From an uncultured Bacillota bacterium (GTDB lineage: Bacteria > Bacillota > DTU025 > MWDF01), in contig CAWGMK010000005.1 of NCBI GenBank assembly GCA_963823655.1, positions 1 through 64,000 of the forward strand: a stretch of 64,000 nt of DNA, given 5' to 3'. The position numbers and the translations under genes were made by a program. This document shows, one piece after another, positions 41,214 to 51,532 of this stretch. The notes below the pieces were generated by a model that was not told where the DNA came from, did not search any database, and was given only the letters and a program-made list of their open reading frames with translations. Each line of letters opens with the position of its first letter. Within the stretch, counting starts at the first letter, position 1.

Positions 41214-43082
41214 ATGAAGGATAACAAGATACTAAAGTACATCCTGGCGGTTCTTTCAGTGGCCTATGTAAGTTTCCACATGTACACTGCCGTCTACGGG
41301 ACATATATCCCTCAGCTGCAAAGGCCATTGCACCTGGCATTCGCAGTTGTCATCGGCTTCCTGGCTTACCCCATGATACAAAAGAGGGATTTTAAATGGC
41401 TTGATACCATATTCGCGGCCATTTCCCTGGGCGCATTCGGCTACATAGCCTACAAGTCCCAGGAGATATCGCTTAGGCAGACGATGGTTAGCCCACTGTC
41501 GACCCTCGATCTCATAGTTGGTGCAGTAATCATCGTGCTGCTTCTGGAGCTCACAAGAAGAGCTGTGGGATGGATAATGAGCCTTGTGGCCGTAATATTT
41601 CTGATATATGCCTACGTAGGCCCTTACCTTCCGGATTTGATATCACACAGAGGTTTTACGATAATCGACATAATCGATTACCAGGTCTTCGGGCTTGACG
41701 GTATCTATTCAATTCCACTTAGCATATCCGCGACCTATATTGTGCTGTTCATAATCCTGGGCACCCTCATGGAATTTTCTGGTGCGGGCGATGTGATCAT
41801 GGACATAGGCAAGAGGGTGGCAGGAGGGTTCCGTGGGGGCCCCGCCAAAGTGGCCACGATTTCGTCAGCGCTCTTCGGTTCGATATCGGGAAGTGCTGCG
41901 GCTAATGTCTACGCGACGGGCACCTTCACCATACCGATGATGAAGAAGATCGGCTACAGCCCGGCCTTCTCGGGAGCAGTCGAGGCAGTTGCATCTACGG
42001 GCGGTCAGATCATGCCACCTGTGATGGGCGCTGCCGCATTCCTGATGGCAGAACTGCTCGGTATGCCATACATTGAAATCTGCAAAGTAGCGCTCATCCC
42101 GGCGCTCCTGTACTATATTTCCTTGTTTATAGTCCTGGATTTTGAAGCTGCCAGGATCGGCATCAAGGGGCTAGACCGAAAGGAGCTTCCCAAGTGGAAA
42201 GACATACTTCCTAGGCTCTACCTTATGCTGCCCCTGGTAGTGCTGGTAGTAATCCTGATGCAGGGCTACACCCCCTTCAGGTCTGCTTACTATGCCATAG
42301 TCCTCACATTCGTACTGAGCTTCTTCAGCAAGAAGACAAGGTTTACTCTTGCAACTTTCCTTGACGCTATAGTTATCTCGGCGAAGAGGACGGTTATGAT
42401 CGCTGCGGCATGCGGCGCCGCAGGCATAGTAATAGGCGTAATCACGCTTACCGGTGTAGGCCTTTCGCTATCGAGCGTCATTATTTCGCTCTCAGGCGGC
42501 GTGAAGATCCTCGCCCTGATAATGGTAATGATATCGGCGATAATCATGGGGATGGGGACTCCGACTACGGTGGCATATATAGTAGTATCGACGCTTGCTG
42601 TGCCTATAATGAAGGATCTTGGCTATGCGGCATTGCCGTCGCACCTTTTCGTGTTCTATTTCGCAGTATTATCAATGATTACGCCGCCGGTGGCGCTTGC
42701 GGCATATGCTGCCGCAGACATCGCGAAGGAAAGCTCAATGAAGATAGGCTTCACCGCGATGCGTATAGGAGCCATTGTATTTACCATCCCGTTTATATTC
42801 CTGTTTGATCCGCCGTTGCTCATGCAGGGCAGTTGGTGGATGATAGCATTCAGGTTCATCATGACGGTGTTCTCGGCTATTGCCTTCGCAGGTGCGGCAA
42901 CGGGCTGGTTCGGAAGAAACATCAACATGATAGGCAGAATAATCCTGCTTGGTGTTTTCGGATTGATAATCGCACCTGAGCTCGTAACTACATTCATAGG
43001 ATTGGGAATGCTGGTGGGAATGTGGTTTCTTAAGGACGTATTCGCGTCAAAAAGAGTTGAAATCGCCCATAAAGCCAGCTAA
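41214..43082 (+). CDS. TRAP transporter fused permease (4TM/12TM)
   Basis: GGPAKVA, GSISGSAAANV, EAVASTGGQIMPPVMGAAAF, ITPPVA. Confidence 0.92.
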   Translation: MKDNKILKYILAVLSVAYVSFHMYTAVYGTYIPQLQRPLHLAFAVVIGFLAYPMIQKRDFKWLDTIFAAISLGAFGYIAYKSQEISLRQTMVSPLSTLDLIVGAVIIVLLLELTRRAVGWIMSLVAVIFLIYAYVGPYLPDLISHRGFTIIDIIDYQVFGLDGIYSIPLSISATYIVLFIILGTLMEFSGAGDVIMDIGKRVAGGFRGGPAKVATISSALFGSISGSAAANVYATGTFTIPMMKKIGYSPAFSGAVEAVASTGGQIMPPVMGAAAFLMAELLGMPYIEICKVALIPALLYYISLFIVLDFEAARIGIKGLDRKELPKWKDILPRLYLMLPLVVLVVILMQGYTPFRSAYYAIVLTFVLSFFSKKTRFTLATFLDAIVISAKRTVMIAAACGAAGIVIGVITLTGVGLSLSSVIISLSGGVKILALIMVMISAIIMGMGTPTTVAYIVVSTLAVPIMKDLGYAALPSHLFVFYFAVLSMITPPVALAAYAAADIAKESSMKIGFTAMRIGAIVFTIPFIFLFDPPLLMQGSWWMIAFRFIMTVFSAIAFAGAATGWFGRNINMIGRIILLGVFGLIIAPELVTTFIGLGMLVGMWFLKDVFASKRVEIAHKAS

Positions 43083-43100
43083 CATACCGAATGCGGAGGA

Positions 43101-43493
43101 TTGGAAATGTCGCAGCTTAGAAAACTGATAGGAGCTATACCGGCGGTGCTTCATCTTGAAGAGCATACTGACCTCTTCGAGGAACTGAGGAAGTTCCTTA
43201 AGGAAGGTGGCTGGGATGAGGTAGTTATAATGGGCTGCGCCGGATCACTTGAGAGGGCTGTCGCCAACTACCCCAGGGATATGACTTTGCCGCCCATTGT
43301 GGATCATGTGGTAATGGAGGGGGCATATGAAGTGTGCACCCTTAACGGCAATGTCACATGGCAGGAAGACCAACCCAAGGTACATATTCACGGCTCCTTC
43401 GCAGAGAAGGGGACCAGGGTGTACGGCGGCGCGATAGGCGACGGGACCAGGATATTCAAATCGGCGGACCTGTTCGTGCTCTGCCACAAGTAG
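43101..43493 (+). CDS. PPC/DUF296-domain protein
   Basis: DLFEEL, GSL, YEVCTLNG, HIHGS, YGG. Confidence 0.75.
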   Translation: MEMSQLRKLIGAIPAVLHLEEHTDLFEELRKFLKEGGWDEVVIMGCAGSLERAVANYPRDMTLPPIVDHVVMEGAYEVCTLNGNVTWQEDQPKVHIHGSFAEKGTRVYGGAIGDGTRIFKSADLFVLCHK

Positions 43494-43545
43494 AAGTCAT
43501 CGGGCGATTGCCCCTGGGTTAATAAGGATAAGGCGCTTCATCATA

Positions 43546-43574
43546 AAGGGCCGCAGTGAGTTGCTGCGGCTCTT
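43546..43574 (+). terminator. Probable terminator hairpin
   Basis: AAGGGCCGCAGT-gagtt-GCTGCGGCTCTT. Confidence 0.55.
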
Positions 43575-43809
43575 ATCTATCCCATTCGGCACCAGGGCAA
43601 TAATTCACAAGAATTTCCGCATGCTCCGTGGATTGGATTTTGCCGCAATCTAGAATTGATTAACTTCAAGCTTGACGAACGTGCAGGGCATGTTAAGAGC
43701 GGGAGCTGATGGATATCATAAGCCCTCCGTGAGCACTATCGCCCATGGGAGCTCAAACAACAGTTCTAGCAGCCGAAAGAATGAGTCGATCGGACATCAG
43801 ATACAATCT

Positions 43810-44472
43810 CTATAAACGTAGATACTGGCCTCCTGAGAATTGAACTTCAATGCTTCTGAATAGAATTGAACGATCCGTCATGTTCTGATAACACCAGACA
43901 TTGGGGCAAAACATGTCAAAATCATATCCAGTTATAGCAAAACCGTCGCCAATGCTAATACCGTTGATTTTGAAAGATAGCCAGCTGCCGGCCTTGATGA
44001 TTTGTACTTCATTCAGGCCTGTTTCATCAAGAATTCCGTCATATGATATTTCGAAGTCCGGATACGTAAGGTCTCCTCCGGGATTATAGTATATTGAATA
44101 TACAGCGGAGGGGGTCCCCATGCTCCAGAAAGCGATCCCTCCATACCAATCGGCGCCTGACCATCCAGCTTTGGAGGAAAGGAATATTTCTAGAGTCTCT
44201 GTAGTACTGTCGACAACATCAAGCGAGAATTTCCAAGTCACTGTGAAATCACCATCATAGAAATGCGGGGCTGCTGCCCAACACTCGCTGCTTAGAAGGC
44301 CAGCGCTGCCAAACTCATAATTACTGTTTTGCGTCTCCCAAGTCCCATCACCCCTTGCGAAGTCATCCTCGGTTCTGAAGTTGAAGAAGTATCCATTATT
44401 AATGCATCCTGATGCGAATGCGAGCACTGATATCAGGATTATTAGAATGACGAACTTCATTGTCTTCATCAA
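43810..44472 (-). CDS. Hypothetical lipoprotein (beta-rich)
   Basis: GGAGGTG SD; K-rich N-terminus, hydrophobic stretch, lipobox-like ASGC; AT-richer DNA. Confidence 0.65.
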   Translation of the reverse strand: MMKTMKFVILIILISVLAFASGCINNGYFFNFRTEDDFARGDGTWETQNSNYEFGSAGLLSSECWAAAPHFYDGDFTVTWKFSLDVVDSTTETLEIFLSSKAGWSGADWYGGIAFWSMGTPSAVYSIYYNPGGDLTYPDFEISYDGILDETGLNEVQIIKAGSWLSFKINGISIGDGFAITGYDFDMFCPNVWCYQNMTDRSILFRSIEVQFSGGQYLRL

Positions 44473-45023
44473 TAATCACCTCCGGATCAGAATTCGCTTC
44501 ATATACAAATAATCCTTTATTGGAATAATTCGATGTACAAATTAAAACCCTTTAACTACTGGTGAACAAAGATGGCAAAGGGTACCAATATCGCCAGAAT
44601 CCAGAATTTTGTACGATTTCGAAATTCCCTTGACAGATCATTGAATCGGCAGCTTATAATAATGGCGTCAACCGATGCCCGACCCTCAGGGCAGCACCAG
44701 TGTTCAATAAATACCAGGATGGCTGTGTCATCCAATACCCACGCTGCCGCAAGCGCTACCTGTTTTATTAATCCGGCAAAGGCCGCTGTTTACTAACTTT
44801 TACTAGGGGGTGTTTACTATCATTAGCGCCGGAATTTACACTTACGGGCCATTTCGCGCCCGGGAATGCCAACTCACAGAAAACAATCGTGGAATATCTC
44901 CGAACAATGCATCTTTTAGTACAGGTGCCACTTTGTCATGCAGTCAGCATGCCGGTCGCCCTGAAGCAGAAGGGGCCTCTCGTTTAAGCATGCAGACATG
45001 CGCTTATTTGTGGTGCCAAGACG

Positions 45024-45281
45024 GTGTCGGTCTATAGGTTCACGGATGAGCTTCAATGCCTTGAGCTTGATGAGGCTATGGCTCTTTCGGAAAGGCAGGA
45101 GTGCCCCTTCTCGGACAAGGCTTGGCACAGGGAAGTAGAGGTGCTTGAGACCGCGGCGGGCGAAACTGCCGGTGCAGATTTGAAAAGACGCCTTTGGGCC
45201 AGGGTTGTCTCAATAATCGGGGCACATTACAAAGAAGTGGCATCGCATAACAAGGAACTGGAGACAGAGTTCGACTTCTGA
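45024..45281 (+). CDS. Hypothetical protein or gene remnant
   Basis: 85 aa ORF with no clear SD; the same frame is open upstream of a TAA at 44985. Confidence 0.35.
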   Translation: MSVYRFTDELQCLELDEAMALSERQECPFSDKAWHREVEVLETAAGETAGADLKRRLWARVVSIIGAHYKEVASHNKELETEFDF

Positions 45282-45392
45282 GGAAATAGGCGGAGCGGCT
45301 GTCCGGGCGGCAGCGGATGGCATCCTTTTAAGAACGAGGCTCCTTAATGGACAAGAGAGACTATCTGTTTACGAAAGGAAGGGTGATTAACA

Positions 45393-45770
45393 ATGCGTTT
45401 CATTGGATCTACTGTTTTCATTACAAAACCCGGGGAGTACAAAGAGCTTAGGTGCGCGGTATGCGGCAGCATATGCAATGTCAAAAGGAATGTCATGGGC
45501 CCTAGGTGCTATGCTGAGGCAGTAGGTAAGCGGGAAGGGCTCCACGACAAGTATGAGTGCCCGCATGTCGAAGAGGATTGGCATGAGGAGTGTTTCGATC
45601 TGAGCTCGCAGTGCAGAGGCATGAGCGGCCCTACACTGAGGTGGATTGCCGCGAAGGACCTATTTGATAGTTTGGATGGGCACGTAGATGCTCAAAGCAA
45701 GGAGTGGTTGAAGAGCAAGCTCTTCGGCAAGAGGCAAACCAAAGAGCCTATCGAAGATCAGACCGAATAG
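45393..45770 (+). CDS. Hypothetical protein with putative Zn-binding Cys/His motifs
   Basis: Strong SD AAGGGTG; CAVC..C, HD..ECPH...WH. Confidence 0.7.
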   Translation: MRFIGSTVFITKPGEYKELRCAVCGSICNVKRNVMGPRCYAEAVGKREGLHDKYECPHVEEDWHEECFDLSSQCRGMSGPTLRWIAAKDLFDSLDGHVDAQSKEWLKSKLFGKRQTKEPIEDQTE

Positions 45771-46007
45771 GCGCATAGGGAGTTCTGCCCATACTCAATC
45801 GGGCAGAGCCCCCCTTTTAAGCTACCGGCCTGATACTATTAGAAGTCGGATCATGATTATCATAGATATTCATTGTTTTAGGGATATCGATGCACTATAT
45901 TTATATAAAACGTCCTAGAGGTTCAGGTGCTATGCGTATTAGTGCATGGGCCGGTTGATAGGATAATGCATGACCCGAATAGCACTTAGAGCTGATGGAG
46001 GACTTTT

Positions 46008-46955
46008 ATGGCGATAAGTCGCAACGAGAAACTTGGTTACACTGCATTCCTGGCTGCCTCAATGATTTGGGGCTTCTCATTCATGTTCACAAAGAGGGCG
46101 CTGGTGCATCTGGACGGCAGATTGTTCGACCTCCTGTCCTACAGGTTCGTCATCAGCTCTGTCGTAATGCTTCTGCTATGGGCCTTCCGGCTCATCAAGA
46201 TAGATTTCAGGGGCAAGGACATAAAGACATTGGTGATAATGTCGCTCTTGCAGCCAGGCATTTACTTTATAGTGGAGACCATGGGCATAGCCAGGGTGGC
46301 AACTTCGGAAGTGGGCCTTATACTGGCGATGTTCCCTATCGTCACCACGGTATTCGGGGTAGCCTTCCTCAACGAGAAGGTCACGACCAAACACTGGGGT
46401 TTCATCGTTTTCTCCGTCCTTGGCGTGCTTCTGATAAACGGGTTCGGCTATGTGCCGGGCAGCAGCACCAACCTGGGAAGGCTCTTCCTGATAACCGCCG
46501 TACTGGTAGGCTCGACCTTCAACATGCTGTCCAGGAAGCTCTCGACGCAGTTCTCTGCAGAAGAACGTACCATCGCAATGATGTTGATGGGAGCGGTCGT
46601 CTTCAGCGCGATTTCGCTTATTAACCACATCGGAGCGGGCACCATGAGCCTGTACGTCTCAAGCCTTCTGGACCCTGCGTTCACCTTCTCCATATTCTAT
46701 CTGTCCATAGGCTGCTCGCTCCTGGCATTCTTCTTCATGAGCTTCTCGTCGACGCACCTTGAGATGTCGAAGTCATCGGTGCTAGGAAACGCCAATACGC
46801 TCGTATCGGTGCTTGCTGGCGTGTTCATATTGCATGAGCCGTTCTACTGGTATCACATCGTCGGCGGTCTGATCATCGTTGCAGGCGTCGTTGGGGCCGC
46901 TCTGGCCTCAAGGGCGATGGTGGATGATACGAAGAGGCTCATGAGGGCAAGGTAG
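46008..46955 (+). CDS. EamA/DMT-family transporter
   Basis: IWGFSF, YRF, LQPGIYF..ET.G, FLNE, ILHEP; about 10 TM segments. Confidence 0.9.
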   Translation: MAISRNEKLGYTAFLAASMIWGFSFMFTKRALVHLDGRLFDLLSYRFVISSVVMLLLWAFRLIKIDFRGKDIKTLVIMSLLQPGIYFIVETMGIARVATSEVGLILAMFPIVTTVFGVAFLNEKVTTKHWGFIVFSVLGVLLINGFGYVPGSSTNLGRLFLITAVLVGSTFNMLSRKLSTQFSAEERTIAMMLMGAVVFSAISLINHIGAGTMSLYVSSLLDPAFTFSIFYLSIGCSLLAFFFMSFSSTHLEMSKSSVLGNANTLVSVLAGVFILHEPFYWYHIVGGLIIVAGVVGAALASRAMVDDTKRLMRAR

Positions 46956-46997
46956 AACCGAAAGGGAGCCTTGTAGTGATACAGGTCCACATTGATT

Positions 46998-47033
46998 AAG
47001 GGAGAGGTTACGATTTGTTCGCCTCTCCCTTTT
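46998..47033. terminator. Intrinsic terminator between convergent genes
   Basis: AAGGGAGAGG...CCTCTCCCTT followed by TT. Confidence 0.65.
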
Positions 47034-47064
47034 CGCATCCATAGAGCGTATAACCCAGGCAGGA

Positions 47065-48432
47065 CTATATGTGCGTCCTGACTTCAGTGGATACAGCTGA
47101 AGGCTTTCCTGCCCTGCCTTCGGCCAGTATGGGGCCATAGACCTCCCTGTCTTTTATAGGGCAGCCCGCCTGCATCCTGTCACGCATCAGAACTGTGCAG
47201 TTGGAGCAGGAGATGCAGGATTTCTTGGGATCCATGGAGCCGGTCTCAATCAGATCCTTGGCGAAGTCGGGGTAGGCGAAAGCCATGCGGCCGAAACCGA
47301 TAATATCGGCCCAGCCATTCTTGAGGACCGCAGCCCCCACATAAGGCGCGAATTGCCTGAGCCAGGAGTAGCCCGTCGCGACAATCGTCATGCCCGGCAC
47401 TGCTTCCTTGATTTGCCTCGTAAGGCCGATCATGGCCGCGATACGCTCAAGCGGGTGTTCGGGCGGCAGGTACGAACCCGTATCGAAGGGCCGCCCAATA
47501 TGAGGGTTGTAGTAGGGGTTCCCGAAGGTTACATCCACAAGCCCGACGCCCTTATCGTACAGCTTCTTAATCAGCTCAATGGGCTCGGAAAGGTCGGGCA
47601 CAGGATGGCCTTCTGTTTCATCCGACGTTCCCCAGCCATATGGGAACTGGATTGCATCGTACACATTCATCCTTGTGGCGATCTCAATTCTGCCCCCGAC
47701 AGCAGAGCTAATAGCGTCTAGCGCCTCCATGAAGAGCCTCGTCCTGTTCTCGAGGCTTCCGCCATACCTGCCGGGCCTCATCCTTGCGCCGAACAGCTCC
47801 GACATGAGGTATCTATGACAGGCCTTGATGTCTATCGCGTCGAAGCCTGCCTCCATCGCGATAGATGCAGCCTCTGCATATTTCTCCGGAAGCGACGCCA
47901 GGTATGAATCGGTCAATAACTCTGCATTATCAGGGATCTTCATGAAATTATCCAGCTCAGGGACCCTTGCACCCAACAAAGGTTCCGGCTTCGAGTACCT
48001 TCCAGAGTGGGTCAGCTGCTTCACCGTGAACGGTCTTGTACCCGTGGACTTCGCCGCTTCATCCAAGGAGGAATCGAGCATCTGCTTAAGGCTGCCCAGA
48101 GTATCCTTGGAGGCAACCAGCTGTCTGGGATTGGCCCTGCCCTCGCTCACTACCGCGGTGGCCTCGAACCAAAGAAGTCCTGCCCCGCCCGCCCCGAAGC
48201 GCCTGTAGCGGCGCAGCGTAAGCTCGCTAGGCCTGCCATCAGCGGTGCCGTCGCAACCTTCCATGGGCTGAATCGCAAGCCTGTTGGGCATAATATGCGA
48301 CCTGAAAGAAAAGGGCTCTAAAAGAGGGGAAATATCATCCTGTACTGGTATCTTGTCATCCAAGCCCAGGTTATGGATGCCCATCTTCAGATCATCCAGG
48401 CTCTTATATGCGAATTTGCCGTGTTCGCTCAT
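47065..48432 (-). CDS. NADH:flavin oxidoreductase (old yellow enzyme family)
   Basis: NRLAIQPMEG, WFEA, QLTHSGR, GFDAIDIKACHRYL, YGGSLENR, GFGR, C-terminal CISCSNC. Confidence 0.88.
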   Translation of the reverse strand: MSEHGKFAYKSLDDLKMGIHNLGLDDKIPVQDDISPLLEPFSFRSHIMPNRLAIQPMEGCDGTADGRPSELTLRRYRRFGAGGAGLLWFEATAVVSEGRANPRQLVASKDTLGSLKQMLDSSLDEAAKSTGTRPFTVKQLTHSGRYSKPEPLLGARVPELDNFMKIPDNAELLTDSYLASLPEKYAEAASIAMEAGFDAIDIKACHRYLMSELFGARMRPGRYGGSLENRTRLFMEALDAISSAVGGRIEIATRMNVYDAIQFPYGWGTSDETEGHPVPDLSEPIELIKKLYDKGVGLVDVTFGNPYYNPHIGRPFDTGSYLPPEHPLERIAAMIGLTRQIKEAVPGMTIVATGYSWLRQFAPYVGAAVLKNGWADIIGFGRMAFAYPDFAKDLIETGSMDPKKSCISCSNCTVLMRDRMQAGCPIKDREVYGPILAEGRAGKPSAVSTEVRTHI

Positions 48433-48506
48433 GTTTTGCTCCTCGGCCGTAAGAATTGGATCCCAGAGAACCTTTCGTCCATTTGCCCCAGATTATTAGT
48501 CCTATC

Positions 48507-49613
48507 TCAGCCCTGGATTACCGCTTTAACCGCGAGCCTGTCGCGTATCGCCCCCAGCGCCTCGTTCGCCTGCTCAAGCTTGAACCTGTGTGTAACAAGC
48601 TTGGAATAGGGAAGGGGATTTGCGGCAACCAGGCTGAACGCCTGGTCCAGATGCCTTGTGTCGCTCACCCATGATCCCTGAAGGCTCACTGTCGGCCTTA
48701 CTAGGGATGAGAAGATGTCTATCTCCATCTTTCCTGCAGGCACGCCGAAACCCGGAAGGCTGACCGTGCCGCCCGTAGCGACCATGCCAAGCGCTTCGGC
48801 TACTATCTCATGATGCCCGGCTGCGTCGAATACTACTTCTGCCCCGCGCCCTCCCGTTATATCCATTACGGCTTCAAGCCGCTGCTTCGCGGTAGTCTGC
48901 CCCCTGTTGATCGTATGGTTTGCCCCCAGCTCCCGGCATATGTCCAGGCGAAGGCCGGTGCCCCCTATTACGATTACGTCTTGAGCGCCTCGCGCCTTTG
49001 CGAAGCCCGTAAGGAATGCGCCCAGCGGCCCTGGGCCGAAGACTATCACGGTATCGCCGATGCTAATGTTTGCCATCTCTATTGCATGTGCCGCCGTGGC
49101 GCCCGAGCAGGAGGCAGCGACCAATACTGCAGGGTCTATCCCTTCTGCCCCCCTGGACTTCAGCTTAATAATCTTGGTGCCGGGCCTCAGGATGATGTGG
49201 GAGGCGTAGCAGCCGTTCAAATGTGGCGGCTCATTGAAGCCGAAGTGCACCCCGTATGCCTTCCTCGTCTTGCATAGGGCCTGGCGCCTCTTGACAGTGC
49301 ATTCGCGGCATATTCCGCACGATAATCCGCGGTCCCAGATGATCGCATCGCCCTCTTCTAACAGGTGGCCGTCCATGTCGATAACTCTGCCCTGGACCTT
49401 CTCCGCTATTCCCACGCCTTCATGGCCGATGACGATGGGAAGCTTGGTCCTCGGGTCCTTGCCCTCGCAAGTGTGAAGGTCGGAGCCGCATACGCCGGAT
49501 GCCGTAAGGCGGACTAGGACTGTGCCCTCATCAAGGCTTTCAACGGGCACCTCGCGCATCACTAGAGGCTCCTTGAACTTCTCGAGCACCATCGCCCTTG
49601 CCACGGTGATCAT
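48507..49613 (-). CDS. Zinc-dependent alcohol dehydrogenase (MDR family)
   Basis: GVCGSD, GHEG, CGICREC.......C, GPGPLG. ATGA overlap with the upstream gene. Confidence 0.9.
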   Translation of the reverse strand: MITVARAMVLEKFKEPLVMREVPVESLDEGTVLVRLTASGVCGSDLHTCEGKDPRTKLPIVIGHEGVGIAEKVQGRVIDMDGHLLEEGDAIIWDRGLSCGICRECTVKRRQALCKTRKAYGVHFGFNEPPHLNGCYASHIILRPGTKIIKLKSRGAEGIDPAVLVAASCSGATAAHAIEMANISIGDTVIVFGPGPLGAFLTGFAKARGAQDVIVIGGTGLRLDICRELGANHTINRGQTTAKQRLEAVMDITGGRGAEVVFDAAGHHEIVAEALGMVATGGTVSLPGFGVPAGKMEIDIFSSLVRPTVSLQGSWVSDTRHLDQAFSLVAANPLPYSKLVTHRFKLEQANEALGAIRDRLAVKAVIQG

Positions 49614-51448
49614 CCTCTGGCACCTACCTTCTCGGGCCGGGCGTCCGACTTGTCGGGCTCCCTGACTACAATTTCGTCCTTGCTTACCACTATATATTTC
49701 CTCCATTGGGCGTTGTCGCCGGGCAGAGGCATCTTGTCATCGATGTCCGCGAACATGAGATGGGGGCCTCGGCTTTCGGTGCGCAGGGCTGCAGATCTTA
49801 GTATCGAAAGGCCCACTTCGAACATAAGGCGCGTTTCCGCCGCGTGCAAAGGGCCCTGCTCGTCCTCGGCGACTCCGGAGGATCTCAATACCTCCAGCTC
49901 CGCGGCCGCGCTGCGTAGCCTGTCCGCAGTCCTCAGAACCCCGCATGACGATGACATGATGCGCCTAAGATGTGCCCTGGCATCGGTCGAGGGAATGCCT
50001 TCAAAGAAGCTCCCCGGGGTGGATGAAGGTGCGATGAAGGAAGGTTCACACGAAGCCTCGCTTCTTCCGCCCTTGATGATGCTCGCGGCGGCACACTCTC
50101 CCGCCATCCTGCCGAATACCTGGCCGTCCAAAAGGGCGTTGCCTCCGGGCCTGTTGGCCCCGTGCTGTCCTCCTGCGGCCTCTCCCGCCGCGAACAGCCC
50201 TTTTATGCAAGTCTCACCGTCCTGGTCGATCTTGATGCCGCCCTGAAAGTGCTGTATGCAGGGGGCAAGGCGTATCTTGTCGCCTTCTATAAGGTCTATT
50301 TGCCTGTCCTTGAACCACTTGATGACCGGAGGGTTGATCTCCCTAAGCCTCCAGATGGGCGATTCGTCCCTGGCACCGAATAAGGGTTCCTTTATCTCGG
50401 CCTTATATCTGGCAACGATGTCCTCGGGAAAACGCAAGAAGTCGAAGCCCTCGGGGTTCTCCATGAAGCTGAGATATATGCTGTGGCCGGCTTCAATCTC
50501 CCTTGCCACTGCCACATCTATCAGGAAGGTCCTGTGCTCAACAGAGGTGGGCCACGTGGCGCCCTTCCTGAACACCAGCTCATAGACCTTCATCGGGTCC
50601 TCGCCGGGGAAGTACTTGAGCAGGAACTGCTCGCCCAGTTCGTTCAGAAACTGCGGCACGCATCTCATCATGCTTCCTGAGCAGGCAAGCTTGGTATCCA
50701 GCGACGCGAGGCCTATTTGAATGAATTCCATGTTCACAAGCTCGGCGCCTGCCAGAAGGGCGGCGCCTGTCGCAGAGCCTGTTGACTCCTCTGGGAAGAG
50801 GTTCGTTTCGAATAGCTGCCCCGGGCCTCCGGTCGCGAGCACAACGGCCCCCGCGCATATAGTAAGAGGCAATTCATCATCGCCTGAGCCCGGTTCGCCA
50901 AGGAAAACCGCACCGCACGCCCTGCCATCAGCTGTCAGCACTTCAATCAGGCAGACATCCTCGATTATCCTCACAGGGAGGGACTTTAAATGACGGACAA
51001 GGGCTGCCTCGATGTGCACGGCAGTATAGGGGCCGGTATAACAAGCCCTAGGGTATTCAGAGCCATCCGTTACGAACTGGTGGGGTCTGCCCGACTCATC
51101 CTTGGAGAAAGGCACTCCGAGCGCGTCCAGGTAGTCGAAGGCTTCAGCAGAGCGTGCGGCCAGTATCTGCGCAAGCGGCACGTCCGAGACTTGGCCTCCG
51201 ATTTCGAAAATGTCCTGGGCGTGATATTTCCAGCTATCAGACCCGCCCGGCTCGGTTGTGGGCAGCGTGGCATGGAAGGCCATGCGGTCAGAGCAGGCTT
51301 TTGAAGTGACGCCGCTGACGCCTAGCTTTCCCCTTGTGGCCAGCATTACTTCTAAATCGGGCCTGGATTCGATAGCGGCGATTGCAGCCCTAAGAGCGGC
51401 ACCTCCGCTTCCTACTACCAGAACGTCGGTTTTTATGGTTTTCTCCAT
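49610..51448 (-). CDS. FAD-binding oxidoreductase (SdhA/FrdA/NadB superfamily)
   Basis: VVGSGGAALRAA, LATGG, NMEFIQ, QHFQGGI, AAGE, HGANRPGGNAL, RTESRGPH. Confidence 0.85.
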   Translation of the reverse strand: MEKTIKTDVLVVGSGGAALRAAIAAIESRPDLEVMLATRGKLGVSGVTSKACSDRMAFHATLPTTEPGGSDSWKYHAQDIFEIGGQVSDVPLAQILAARSAEAFDYLDALGVPFSKDESGRPHQFVTDGSEYPRACYTGPYTAVHIEAALVRHLKSLPVRIIEDVCLIEVLTADGRACGAVFLGEPGSGDDELPLTICAGAVVLATGGPGQLFETNLFPEESTGSATGAALLAGAELVNMEFIQIGLASLDTKLACSGSMMRCVPQFLNELGEQFLLKYFPGEDPMKVYELVFRKGATWPTSVEHRTFLIDVAVAREIEAGHSIYLSFMENPEGFDFLRFPEDIVARYKAEIKEPLFGARDESPIWRLREINPPVIKWFKDRQIDLIEGDKIRLAPCIQHFQGGIKIDQDGETCIKGLFAAGEAAGGQHGANRPGGNALLDGQVFGRMAGECAAASIIKGGRSEASCEPSFIAPSSTPGSFFEGIPSTDARAHLRRIMSSSCGVLRTADRLRSAAAELEVLRSSGVAEDEQGPLHAAETRLMFEVGLSILRSAALRTESRGPHLMFADIDDKMPLPGDNAQWRKYIVVSKDEIVVREPDKSDARPEKVGARG

Positions 51449-51532
51449 CAGAACCCTCCTTGTTAAAGGCGGTTAAGGGCTTATGTTTGGCGTTTTTGGG
51501 GCCTTCGCCGTCTTCTCTTAAGGGGTCGGGCC

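Noticed and set aside
49610-51448. sdhA/frdA or nadB
   Set aside because: No partner subunits or nadA/nadC nearby, and the covalent-FAD His motif is absent.
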